From assembly GCA_016873895.1 (NCBI GenBank), contig VGVV01000001.1, positions 287,286-351,285 of the forward strand: a stretch of DNA of 64,000 bases, in the 5' to 3' direction. Below, piece after piece: positions 18,944 through 27,918 of this stretch; within the stretch, counting starts at the first letter, position 1, and each line of letters opens with the position of its first letter. The DNA comes from Ignavibacteria bacterium (GTDB lineage: Bacteria > Bacteroidota > Ignavibacteria > Kapaibacteriales > Kapaibacteriaceae). Made by a program: the position numbers and the translations under genes. The notes under the pieces were generated by a model, which was given only the letters and a program-made list of their open reading frames with translations, had not been told where the DNA came from and made no database searches.

Positions 18944-19962
18944 ATATCTATTCCCGACTCTCTCATGATTGTCTCACAAAGCTCTCCAAACTCAATACCC
19001 ATCTGGCGCGCGGCCATTGGCACGAGACTTGTCTCGGTAAACCCTGGAATCGTGTTTACCTCTAGGCATACCGGAATCATATCTTCTGTAAGTCGGAAGT
19101 CTACGCGGCTATATGCTCTGCAACCAAGCACCTGATGCGCAGCAACGGCTAGGTTCTTTACGTGCTCCTGCACTTCTTCGGTAAGATCTGCAGGACAGTG
19201 GTACTCCGTACGACCCTTTGTGTACTTGTTTTCAAAGTCGTAATAGCCGTCCTTTGGCTCGATCTCTATGATCGGCAAGGCCTGATCGCCCATTACCGGC
19301 ACGGTTAGCTCGCGTCCCGGAATGAAGCGTTCTATAAGGACTGTGGACGAAAATGAACCTGCTAGAGCCACAGCTAATGACAAATCATCATACGTAGGTG
19401 AGTGCAGAATGGTCATCCCCACGGTAGAACCCTGATCGTTTGGTTTTACCACTAGCCCACCCTTGATCTCCTCGATGATTGAATCCATCAACTCTACATC
19501 CGAGTATTGTTCAGGTGTAACCGTAACCCAAGCGGCCGTTGGAATTCCAGCTGTTTGAAACAGCATCTTTGATAGCCCCTTGTCCATGGCTGTAGCACTT
19601 GCCAACATCTGGCTACCCGTGTAGGGAATGCCACGCATATCTAGTAATGACTGCACGTAACCGTCTTCCCCGAACTGGCCATGCAGCAAAATGAATACTG
19701 CATCCACGTTATCGAGATGTGACGAGGTAATACATGCCAGCAACTGTTCAGGAGAAAACTGGGCCCTCTCCTCATCGGTAACTTCCCTTGGTGTTGCCGC
19801 ATGAAGCTCAACATCGGTAAGGGGCTCGCCTGCACCGCGATAGGGATCAAGTGCAATTACTGTGTGGCCTCGCTCACGCAATGCAAATACCGCTGCGCGG
19901 CCACTTAACAGTGATATATTTCTCTCGGGACTAAGTCCACCAAGGAGTACTGCAATCTTCAT
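18940..19962 (-). CDS. ddl: D-alanine--D-alanine ligase
   Basis: MKIAVLLGGLSPERNISL, LHGQFGEDG, VKPNDQGSTVG, LEVNTIPGFT. Start moved to ATG 19962. Confidence 0.97.
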   Translation of the reverse strand: MKIAVLLGGLSPERNISLLSGRAAVFALRERGHTVIALDPYRGAGEPLTDVELHAATPREVTDEERAQFSPEQLLACITSSHLDNVDAVFILLHGQFGEDGYVQSLLDMRGIPYTGSQMLASATAMDKGLSKMLFQTAGIPTAAWVTVTPEQYSDVELMDSIIEEIKGGLVVKPNDQGSTVGMTILHSPTYDDLSLAVALAGSFSSTVLIERFIPGRELTVPVMGDQALPIIEIEPKDGYYDFENKYTKGRTEYHCPADLTEEVQEHVKNLAVAAHQVLGCRAYSRVDFRLTEDMIPVCLEVNTIPGFTETSLVPMAARQMGIEFGELCETIMRESGIDI

Positions 19963-20720
19963 TACGTTGATGCTTGTTGATGTAGTTGACGTAGAAACTT
20001 CACATCCTCCCATGTGTGCTTTTTCCACTCTGGGTTGCGCAAGAGTGCGGCAGGATGATATGTTACAATTGTGCGTATGCCGTGATAATCATGAATCTTT
20101 CCACGAAGCTGCGACATACTTTCGTTGTTCTTGAGCAGTGTGTTGGCTGCCGTCAGTCCCAGAGCGAGTATAAACTTCGGCTGTATGAGTTCTATCTGCT
20201 TCCAGAGGTAGGGCTCGCATTGGTCCGTTTCTGAAGCCAGCGGCCTACGGTTGTTGGGAGGTCTACATTTCAGGATGTTGCAGATAAACACCGCTTCACG
20301 CGGAAGCTCGATGGACTCTAAGATTTTTGTCAAGAGCCGACCAGCCCGACCAACAAATGGCAAGCCTTGTTCATCTTCATCTGCACCAGGTGCTTCGCCA
20401 ATCACCATGATATCTGCATTGGGGTTGCCACTGCCGAAGACGAACTTGGTTCGTGTTGCACCGAGTGGACATTTCATGCACTCACAGATCTCGGTCTGAA
20501 ATTGCTCAAGTGTTGTCACGTTGCTATAGCCTTCTGGTGCTGCATTGACGATAGGAGCCTGAGCAGCCTCTGCGTGGTTGGGTAGATTGTCCTCATCGAG
20601 AGGCTCGGCAGGGGGCAAACTACGAACAGGACGCTGTACGTGGTCAACGTACAACGTCCTGCCAAACATTTGCTCTTGCTGACGAAGATATCGTAGAAGC
20701 TCGGTTCTTGGATCTACCAT
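19962..20720 (-). CDS. Family-4 uracil-DNA glycosylase (Fe-S)
   Basis: CMKCPL, GEAPGADED..G.PFVG, NILKCRPPNNR, TYHPAALLR. Confidence 0.95.
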   Translation of the reverse strand: MVDPRTELLRYLRQQEQMFGRTLYVDHVQRPVRSLPPAEPLDEDNLPNHAEAAQAPIVNAAPEGYSNVTTLEQFQTEICECMKCPLGATRTKFVFGSGNPNADIMVIGEAPGADEDEQGLPFVGRAGRLLTKILESIELPREAVFICNILKCRPPNNRRPLASETDQCEPYLWKQIELIQPKFILALGLTAANTLLKNNESMSQLRGKIHDYHGIRTIVTYHPAALLRNPEWKKHTWEDVKFLRQLHQQAST

Positions 20721-20729
20721 GCTTCTCGC

Positions 20730-23258
20730 TTACTCTTCATGTGCTTCTGCTTCTTCTGGTTCTTCGAGAGTCTCGCCCGCTTTCGACTTAACAGCAGTGA
20801 ACACAATGGTGTTTGACTTCTTGTCGAGCTTACCCTTGATGATGCTGCCGTCTGTAAAGCCCCCTCGAAGCATATCCTCTGCAATTGGATCTTCTACAAG
20901 TCGCTGAATCGTTCGGCGAAGTGGTCGTGCGCCATACTTTTCGTCAAAGCCCTTCTCGGCCAGGAACTCCTTAGCGGACTTTGCTACACCTAGTGTGATG
21001 TTTCGCGTTGACAGGCGCTTGACCAGGCTCTTGAGTTGAAGGTCGATGATGCGAACCATGTGCTCTTTCTTGAGCGTCTGGAATATCACATACTCGTCGA
21101 TCCGATTGAGGAATTCAGGATTGAAGAGCCGCTTCATCGTTTCTTCAACCGTTGACTTCATGTTTTGATAGTCATCGGCAGCAGCGTCTGATGTAAAACC
21201 GATCTTTCCACCGGCCTTCACATCTCGCATACCAACGTTGGACGTCATGATGATGATGGTGTTCTTAAAATCAATCCGACGTCCGAGACCATCAGTCAAC
21301 TGTCCATCATCGAATACTTGCAGGAGAATGTTAAACACATCTGGATGTGCCTTTTCGATCTCGTCAAGCAATACGATTGAATATGGCTTGCGCCTAACCT
21401 TTTCTGTTAGCTGTCCGCCTTCTTCATAGCCCACATATCCAGGTGGTGCGCCCACAAGACGAGATACGGAGAACTTCTCCATGTACTCGCTCATATCAAT
21501 TCTGATCAGGGCGTCTTCACTATCGAACATGTAACGCGCAAGTGCCTTTGCAAGCTCGGTCTTTCCAACACCAGTTGGACCTAAGAACATAAATGATCCA
21601 ATCGGACGCGATGGGTCTTTTAGTCCAGCACGAGCTCTTCGTATCGCCTTGGCTAGGTGTTCAACGGCTTCGTCCTGACCAATAACCTGAGACTTAAGCT
21701 CATCGGCCATCTTCAAGAGTTTTGCCGTTTCTCCCTCTGCAATTCTGTTTACCGGAATTCCGGTCATCATCGCAATCACATCGGCAACATCTTCTTCGGT
21801 AACATCGTAAGCAACATCCGTAGCATTGGATTCCCACTGCTCCTTCACTTGCTCGAGTTCTGTAAGGTGCTGCTTCTCAAGATCGCGCAAACGAGCGGCC
21901 TCTTCGAAATTTTGCGACTTCACAACCTGATTCTTCTGCAGGCGCACCTCCTCGATTTTTGCCTCGAGTTCAAGCACCTCTTTGGGAACATGAATGTGAG
22001 CCAGATGCACGCGAGCACCTGCTTCATCCATCACATCTAGGGCTTTATCGGGTAAAAATCTATCTGTGATATACCTGTCTGCCATCATAACGCATGCATG
22101 CACAGACTCGTCTGTAAACCGCACACCATGATGCTTTTCATAACGATCGCGAACGTTCGTCAGAATCTGAATTGTTTCTTCTGCAGTTGGTGGCTCTACA
22201 AGAATCTTTTGGAATCGCCTATCGAGTGCGCCATCCTTCTCAATAAACTGGCGGTACTCATCCAGAGTAGTTGCACCGATGCATTGGATGTCTCCACGAG
22301 CAAGTGCAGGCTTAAACATGTTTGAGGCATCCAGCGAGCCACTTGCTCCACCGGCACCTACAATCGTGTGTAACTCATCGATAAACAGTATCACGTCTTT
22401 AGCCTTTTCAAGCTCAGACATCACCGCCTTCATGCGCTCTTCGAACTGCCCCCTGTACTTCGTTCCTGCCACAAGTGCGGCAAGGTCCAGGGTTACAATG
22501 CGCTTATCGAACAGCACACGAGAAACTTTTTTATCAATGATGCGAATTGCCAACCCTTCGATGATGGCCGTCTTACCAACACCGGGTTCGCCGATGAGTA
22601 CTGGATTGTTTTTCTTCCTTCTTGAGAGCACCTGTGCGACACGCTCGATTTCCTTCTCGCGGCCAATAACAGGGTCTAACTTACCTTCTACCGCAAGCTT
22701 TGTGAGATCACGCCCAAAATTGTCCAACACTGGGGTCTTGGCCTTTTCCAATGCTGGTTTTGACTTACCCGTGGCGGAGGAGGATGCTGCCCTCTCAGGA
22801 CGCTGTGGGGCCGGGGTTGACTTGCCACTTAGGTAGGCATCTAGTTCTTTACGAACGCTGTCGTAATTAACGGTGAACTGCCCTAGAATCTGCGCTGCGA
22901 TGTTGTCCTCATCACGCAGTAACGAAAGCAGCAAATGCTCGGTACCGATTACATCAGCTTTGTAAAGCTTTGCCTCGAGATAGGTGATCTTGAGAACTTT
23001 CTCAGCCTGCTTGGTCAGCGGGATGTTGCCGATCGTAAGTGGCCCACTCATAGTGCGGACCGTATCTTCGATTGCCCGTTTGAGTTTGCTCAGATCAACG
23101 CCAAGATTTCGAAGAATCTTGATGCCTATGCCTTCGCCTTCACGGATTATGCCAAGCAGGAGGTGCTCGGTACCGATGTAGTCGTGTCCGAGGCGCAATG
23201 CCTCCTCACGGCTGAGGCGTATAACGTCTTGAACACGATTTGAAAAATTGCCTTCCAT
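20730..23258 (-). CDS. clpC: ATP-dependent Clp protease ATP-binding subunit ClpC
   Basis: Two Clp-N repeats, GEPGVGKT, UVR motif (FEEAARLRD), GPTGVGKT, KIGF ClpP-binding loop. Confidence 0.97.
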   Translation of the reverse strand: MEGNFSNRVQDVIRLSREEALRLGHDYIGTEHLLLGIIREGEGIGIKILRNLGVDLSKLKRAIEDTVRTMSGPLTIGNIPLTKQAEKVLKITYLEAKLYKADVIGTEHLLLSLLRDEDNIAAQILGQFTVNYDSVRKELDAYLSGKSTPAPQRPERAASSSATGKSKPALEKAKTPVLDNFGRDLTKLAVEGKLDPVIGREKEIERVAQVLSRRKKNNPVLIGEPGVGKTAIIEGLAIRIIDKKVSRVLFDKRIVTLDLAALVAGTKYRGQFEERMKAVMSELEKAKDVILFIDELHTIVGAGGASGSLDASNMFKPALARGDIQCIGATTLDEYRQFIEKDGALDRRFQKILVEPPTAEETIQILTNVRDRYEKHHGVRFTDESVHACVMMADRYITDRFLPDKALDVMDEAGARVHLAHIHVPKEVLELEAKIEEVRLQKNQVVKSQNFEEAARLRDLEKQHLTELEQVKEQWESNATDVAYDVTEEDVADVIAMMTGIPVNRIAEGETAKLLKMADELKSQVIGQDEAVEHLAKAIRRARAGLKDPSRPIGSFMFLGPTGVGKTELAKALARYMFDSEDALIRIDMSEYMEKFSVSRLVGAPPGYVGYEEGGQLTEKVRRKPYSIVLLDEIEKAHPDVFNILLQVFDDGQLTDGLGRRIDFKNTIIIMTSNVGMRDVKAGGKIGFTSDAAADDYQNMKSTVEETMKRLFNPEFLNRIDEYVIFQTLKKEHMVRIIDLQLKSLVKRLSTRNITLGVAKSAKEFLAEKGFDEKYGARPLRRTIQRLVEDPIAEDMLRGGFTDGSIIKGKLDKKSNTIVFTAVKSKAGETLEEPEEAEAHEE

Positions 23259-23379
23259 GGCCGAGATCCTCGTTGAACGTGATGATGGTTACTCAAAGAC
23301 GAACAACCAGCCGTTCTGTTACTTGCAGAAATATACCACGTCAATCCGACGGCCTCGATGGGAGATTATTCACATCCAC

Positions 23380-24297
23380 TCAATCCATCAAATCCTTCAC
23401 CACTCCTATTCGAGCTACCAATTGCGGCAATGTTACAACCTTAGGCGTCTTGGCTATGGGAACAGACTTCTGAGCTGCAGAGCCCTTTTGCTTGCCCGCT
23501 TTGGCCACTGGCTCGGAAGATACCGCGACAGCTGGCTGAATCTGCTGGACAGGGGATGCTTCGTATATATAACGCAGGCGTACATCGCCGTTCTTCACAG
23601 GGCGAAGACGCGCCTTTAGCGTATCAATTCTCTCCTGTACTAGCGCCTTATTAGGATCTTCTGGATTTGCCTGGCGCACAGGCTCAGTGGGAAGGGGCTG
23701 ACCCTTTTTCACTTTTTTACAGGCTTTTGCCCACGCATCATGTTCTTTCCTATACGCAGCATCTACGGCAGCGATTGCTGCTGCAAACTTGTCTTCATCT
23801 GCGGCTAGAGTTAGTACAATGTTCATCGACTGATTTGTCTTCATCAGTGCAGACAACTCTTCAAGCGTTTTTAGGCCCTGGGGCGTGAGCGACGCTGTGT
23901 TCTTGGAGAACATACCAGACGACTGCAGCACCTCTGCACCCTGCACGAGAGACTTGACGGTAATATCACGTTTAATGATCTTAAACTTCTCTGATGCAGG
24001 TATATCAATGGTTTCTTCCTTACGATAGACATTGTATCCAGTAATGGCAACCTTGTGTGGTCCCGACTCTGCAAGAGTCTGGAGATACGATCCATCCTTT
24101 GAGTTCGAATTGATTGAAATGCGTTTCCCCGAAGGCGTAAAAATGTAGATCTTCACTCCAACAGGCGCCCCTGTTGTCTCATCACGAATTAAACCTTCAA
24201 GATTCATATTCGCTTGCTGAGCAAGGCTGGCAACAGCACCTGATATGATTACCGATACAACGAGCAACATGTTGATCATTCGTGTACTTGCAGTCAC
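23380..24297 (-). CDS. Secreted protein with carboxypeptidase-regulatory-like N domain and degenerate OmpA-like C region
   Basis: Signal peptide ending SLA|QQ; EGLIRDETTGAP..DGSY; FSKNTASL..LEELSALMK OmpA-like segment. Confidence 0.6.
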   Translation of the reverse strand: MTASTRMINMLLVVSVIISGAVASLAQQANMNLEGLIRDETTGAPVGVKIYIFTPSGKRISINSNSKDGSYLQTLAESGPHKVAITGYNVYRKEETIDIPASEKFKIIKRDITVKSLVQGAEVLQSSGMFSKNTASLTPQGLKTLEELSALMKTNQSMNIVLTLAADEDKFAAAIAAVDAAYRKEHDAWAKACKKVKKGQPLPTEPVRQANPEDPNKALVQERIDTLKARLRPVKNGDVRLRYIYEASPVQQIQPAVAVSSEPVAKAGKQKGSAAQKSVPIAKTPKVVTLPQLVARIGVVKDLMD

Positions 24298-24300
24298 GTA

Positions 24301-25068
24301 CTACCCCTTTGTTGAATTCAAAAAAGATGCAATGCCGTTTTTGCAGTCATCTGTCTGACGTGCAAGAGCATTCATAACTGTAGCATATTCAAGACCTGCA
24401 TCAAGCGACATGCCATGCACGGCATTGAGCATATGCTTTGTAAGCCCCATGGCTGAGAAGCTATTCCTAGCTAGTCGAGCTGCCAGTGAATACACCTCTG
24501 ACTCTAATGCCTCATCGTCTACTACATGTGTAATCATGTGTAATCTGTGTGCCTCTTCTGCGGAGATATTCTCTGCACTCAGAAGAAGTCTGCGCGCCTG
24601 TGCGTCGCCAATCTTTCGAACCAGATAGACAAGCACAATTGCCGGTATAAAGCCAATTCGTACCTCTGAATATCCGAACTGCGCCTTTGAACGGCCAGCA
24701 AGAATAAAGTCGCATACTGTTGCCAGACCGCAGCCACCCGCAATTGCAGGGCCATGCACCATGGCTATAACAGGCTTGGGGCATTCAACAATCGACTGCA
24801 ACATGTTTTTCAATGCTGTAGAGTCTTCTACATTCTGCGTTGGCGATAGCTCTGATACCTTCTGCAGATAGGCTAAATCTGCACCAGCACAGAATGCACT
24901 GCCAGCACCTCGCAAAACAATCACTCGAACTGCATCGTCGGACGCACATTGCTGCATCGCCCCATGAAGTGCAGCTATCAGCTCGGTGCTCAGAGAATTA
25001 CGTTTCTCAGCTCTGTTGAGCAACAGCGTTGCAATTCCATCTGCAATTGTGGTGGTAAGCACATTCAT
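24301..25068 (-). CDS. Enoyl-CoA hydratase/isomerase (methylglutaconyl-CoA hydratase-like)
   Basis: LNRAEKRNSL, AFCAGADL, GPAIAGGCGL, SEVRIGFIPA. Confidence 0.92.
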   Translation of the reverse strand: MNVLTTTIADGIATLLLNRAEKRNSLSTELIAALHGAMQQCASDDAVRVIVLRGAGSAFCAGADLAYLQKVSELSPTQNVEDSTALKNMLQSIVECPKPVIAMVHGPAIAGGCGLATVCDFILAGRSKAQFGYSEVRIGFIPAIVLVYLVRKIGDAQARRLLLSAENISAEEAHRLHMITHVVDDEALESEVYSLAARLARNSFSAMGLTKHMLNAVHGMSLDAGLEYATVMNALARQTDDCKNGIASFLNSTKG

Positions 25069-25073
25069 GCGGG

Positions 25074-25081
25074 CAAAGATA
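25074..25081 (-). promoter_or_regulatory. TATCTTTG promoter element 5 nt upstream of ATG (candidate leaderless transcript)
   Basis: Minus strand reads TATCTTTG-cccgc-ATG(25068); no Shine-Dalgarno sequence. Confidence 0.6.
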
Positions 25082-25104
25082 CGGTTCTTGTGACGTCTAT
25101 TGAG

Positions 25105-27918
25105 CTACCTTTGAACTACCAATGTTCGGTGATGTGTCTCTACGTTATCAGAAACTGTAACGATGTAGACACCCTGGGCAAGAGGTGTGATATCAATAGG
25201 CACAACTGCACGTTCAGCAGGAACAGATCGTTCGTATGCACAAAGGGTGCGGCCATGAGCATCTGCGATGCCAATGACAACGTCGCTCTTCATCCCATCA
25301 ACAGGAACATGAATGAATCCCGTTGCCGGATTCGGGAAGATTTCACGAATCGGCGCCAGAATCCATGGCGAATTTGTGTTTGCGTACACAGAATGCGCCT
25401 TGGTTCTTGCCAGTGCTGCTGCATTCAGCGTGGTGTCGATGGCTATCACAAGCTGAAAATTTCGAATATGCCCCGGTGGCAGAGGGCTTGTAAACCGCAT
25501 ACCAACAATTGTAGCTACATCATTTACACCACTGTATTTCGCCTCCTGTCCACGCAGAAGTGCACTCTTGCGCTTCCAAGGAAATCCGCCATAGGTCGAC
25601 GTGTTATCCATACCATGAAGCACAGGTATTGCATCCGACCATGTTGATGTTACATACTGCGCTAGGAATGGACCCTCTGCGCTTGCACTGCGAACCATCT
25701 GCAGATCGGAGTCTGTGTATGTGCTGTTGTCGGCAGGCTGACGTCCAAGATCCCAGTCGCAAAACCACCCAATCGCAACGTCATGCAATGTTGAATCCGA
25801 AACATTGGTTAGGGTAACATCCATCACCAATAATGCACGCACTGAGTCGAGCGATACCCGTTGTTCGATCTGCACACCTATACGAAGCGAATCAGGAGCA
25901 TAGATATCCTGGAGTATGCCGTACTCACTCTGCGGACGAACAAAATCTTTCATTGATCCAAAGTGATTGTTAATCCCTCGTTCTGCCCTGACATTGTCAA
26001 CAACTTTATCATCAGCAGCTACGATCAGTCCGCCCTCATAGAGTTGACCGCAGTAGGTAAGGAAGGTCAAGCCTTCGCCCTGCCCACGCTGCAGATCAGT
26101 ATTGCCTATTCGCCCCCTATCCCCGATACTTACCTTCATAGAGGCATTTGCTAGGGTGGTGTACGCTGGTGACGGGGTAACGGCGCACAACACCACCTGC
26201 TCAAAGGTTGCTCCAGCAGTATTCTTTCCACGCACAGTAACAACGGCATACGTGGCAGTGTCTGTTGCGCGCGTTACAACGAACTTTATCGCAGGTAACG
26301 CTATAGTTTCTCCATGCTGAGCCGGTAGATTTACATCAACGCTGGTATTGTGAAGGAGTTCGATTCCACGCGGACCAATTCCTGCTAGACGAATGCCGTC
26401 GATCTGTGTAATCATCATGGCAGACAGTTCATTTCGCACACGAAGAGTAACATCGATGGTATCGCCTACTGTCCAGCGTGCAGCGCCATTGGGCCCCCTA
26501 ACCAGAGCAGTATCGAAAGCCAACGACACAAGATCGTTGGGATTGCCAAGGACCGCACCCAAAGCATCAACACGTCCACGCGGCAGCAGCAGCGGATCAA
26601 CGGATGATGGTATCGACGCCCACGGTGCCGGCTTAGCAGTTGCACGCACAACTGCACAGGCCTCGAGCGGACCAAGCTCGGGATGCTTTGAGCGGACCAA
26701 TGCTACTACACCTGAGACTATAGGAGCAGAGCCTGATGTACAACAAAACCCTGCGTAACCACCATCGTTAGCCGTACTCCAACTGCCATGTCCAGGGGCC
26801 ATGATGTCTACATGTGGTCCATGACCCGACATCGGCACAACGTTGTCTGTGGCATCAACAACACCTACAGAAAACACACCACGATACGAAGCTGGAAAAA
26901 ACGGTGTTGGCAAACCATGGTTCCCTGCTGCGGCAACAACAGCAGTGCCACGCGCTACAGCATATGCTACGATGTCTTCATCAATGCATGAGCGAGACTG
27001 CCCGCCCCATGAACAATTCACAACATCAATGCCGTTCGTGGCGCAGTACATAATAGATTCATACCCATACACAATACCCGTTGTTCCCTTAGGCATCGTA
27101 CGCAACGGAAAGATCTTGCATGAGTTGGCAATTCCAGCAATCCCAATGTTGTTGTTCACTCGAGCACCACACGTGCCAGCAACACTCGTTCCATGGCCAT
27201 TATCTGGGTTGTGGGCATTTGAATACCCAACTCCATCGTCTTTCGCCGAGAATGAGTATCCGTTGTAATCATCAATGTAGCCGTTGTTGTCATCGTCGGT
27301 ATTGTTGTCTGGTATCTCCGACGTACGCACGAAGAGTGCGTCTTTGAGATCTTCGTGGTCCTGGCGCACGCCACTGTCGCTAATGCCAATAACCACGGAG
27401 TCTGAACCATCCTCGACATCCCACGCTTGCGTAGCCCGAATCAAGGATAGTAGGCCCTGCTTTGATGACTCTGGGTCGTTTGGCTCACCACATAGCTCCA
27501 TTACACACCACGGCGCTGCGCATTCCACCGGACCGCAGCCAACACGGATGTTCTCAATCATACGCTCTGGTGTGATATCCTCCCTATCGAAGGCAACCAC
27601 ATAGGAGCGCAACAAACGATCCTCGATTTCTAATGCGCTGCTGATATCTGTAAGGCGATGCCCGAGACGTTGTGCATCCTGAGCTTGCAGTGATTGCCCA
27701 TATGGCAGCACCTGGCGAACTATACGAAGGCCCATCTCGTGCAGCACAGCATCAGCCACTGGAGCATACGCGCGCGCTATCCGTACCTTGAGATGTCCGG
27801 CAACCACGGCGTCAGGACGTGAAGGGGGCTCGGCTGGCAAATAGCGCAATTGCGCACTCGCAATGGCAGCAGCCGTAAAAAAACAGATCCATGAATACAC
27901 TGTGGGCATCAATTGCAT
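25105..27918 (-). CDS. S8 (subtilisin-like) serine peptidase with T9SS C-terminal domain; atypical Ser motif
   Basis: ISDSGV (Asp), GHGTSVAG (His), AAAGN (oxyanion Asn), FCCTSGSAP (Ser); CTD IFPNPAT..LAQGVYIV. Alternative start ATG 27909. Confidence 0.92.
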   Translation of the reverse strand: MQLMPTVYSWICFFTAAAIASAQLRYLPAEPPSRPDAVVAGHLKVRIARAYAPVADAVLHEMGLRIVRQVLPYGQSLQAQDAQRLGHRLTDISSALEIEDRLLRSYVVAFDREDITPERMIENIRVGCGPVECAAPWCVMELCGEPNDPESSKQGLLSLIRATQAWDVEDGSDSVVIGISDSGVRQDHEDLKDALFVRTSEIPDNNTDDDNNGYIDDYNGYSFSAKDDGVGYSNAHNPDNGHGTSVAGTCGARVNNNIGIAGIANSCKIFPLRTMPKGTTGIVYGYESIMYCATNGIDVVNCSWGGQSRSCIDEDIVAYAVARGTAVVAAAGNHGLPTPFFPASYRGVFSVGVVDATDNVVPMSGHGPHVDIMAPGHGSWSTANDGGYAGFCCTSGSAPIVSGVVALVRSKHPELGPLEACAVVRATAKPAPWASIPSSVDPLLLPRGRVDALGAVLGNPNDLVSLAFDTALVRGPNGAARWTVGDTIDVTLRVRNELSAMMITQIDGIRLAGIGPRGIELLHNTSVDVNLPAQHGETIALPAIKFVVTRATDTATYAVVTVRGKNTAGATFEQVVLCAVTPSPAYTTLANASMKVSIGDRGRIGNTDLQRGQGEGLTFLTYCGQLYEGGLIVAADDKVVDNVRAERGINNHFGSMKDFVRPQSEYGILQDIYAPDSLRIGVQIEQRVSLDSVRALLVMDVTLTNVSDSTLHDVAIGWFCDWDLGRQPADNSTYTDSDLQMVRSASAEGPFLAQYVTSTWSDAIPVLHGMDNTSTYGGFPWKRKSALLRGQEAKYSGVNDVATIVGMRFTSPLPPGHIRNFQLVIAIDTTLNAAALARTKAHSVYANTNSPWILAPIREIFPNPATGFIHVPVDGMKSDVVIGIADAHGRTLCAYERSVPAERAVVPIDITPLAQGVYIVTVSDNVETHHRTLVVQR

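Noticed and set aside
24949-25647. 232-aa plus-strand ORF (and similarly 50810-51574 -, 10808-11626 +, 60646-61284 +)
   Set aside because: Antisense to well-supported genes, with no recognisable motifs
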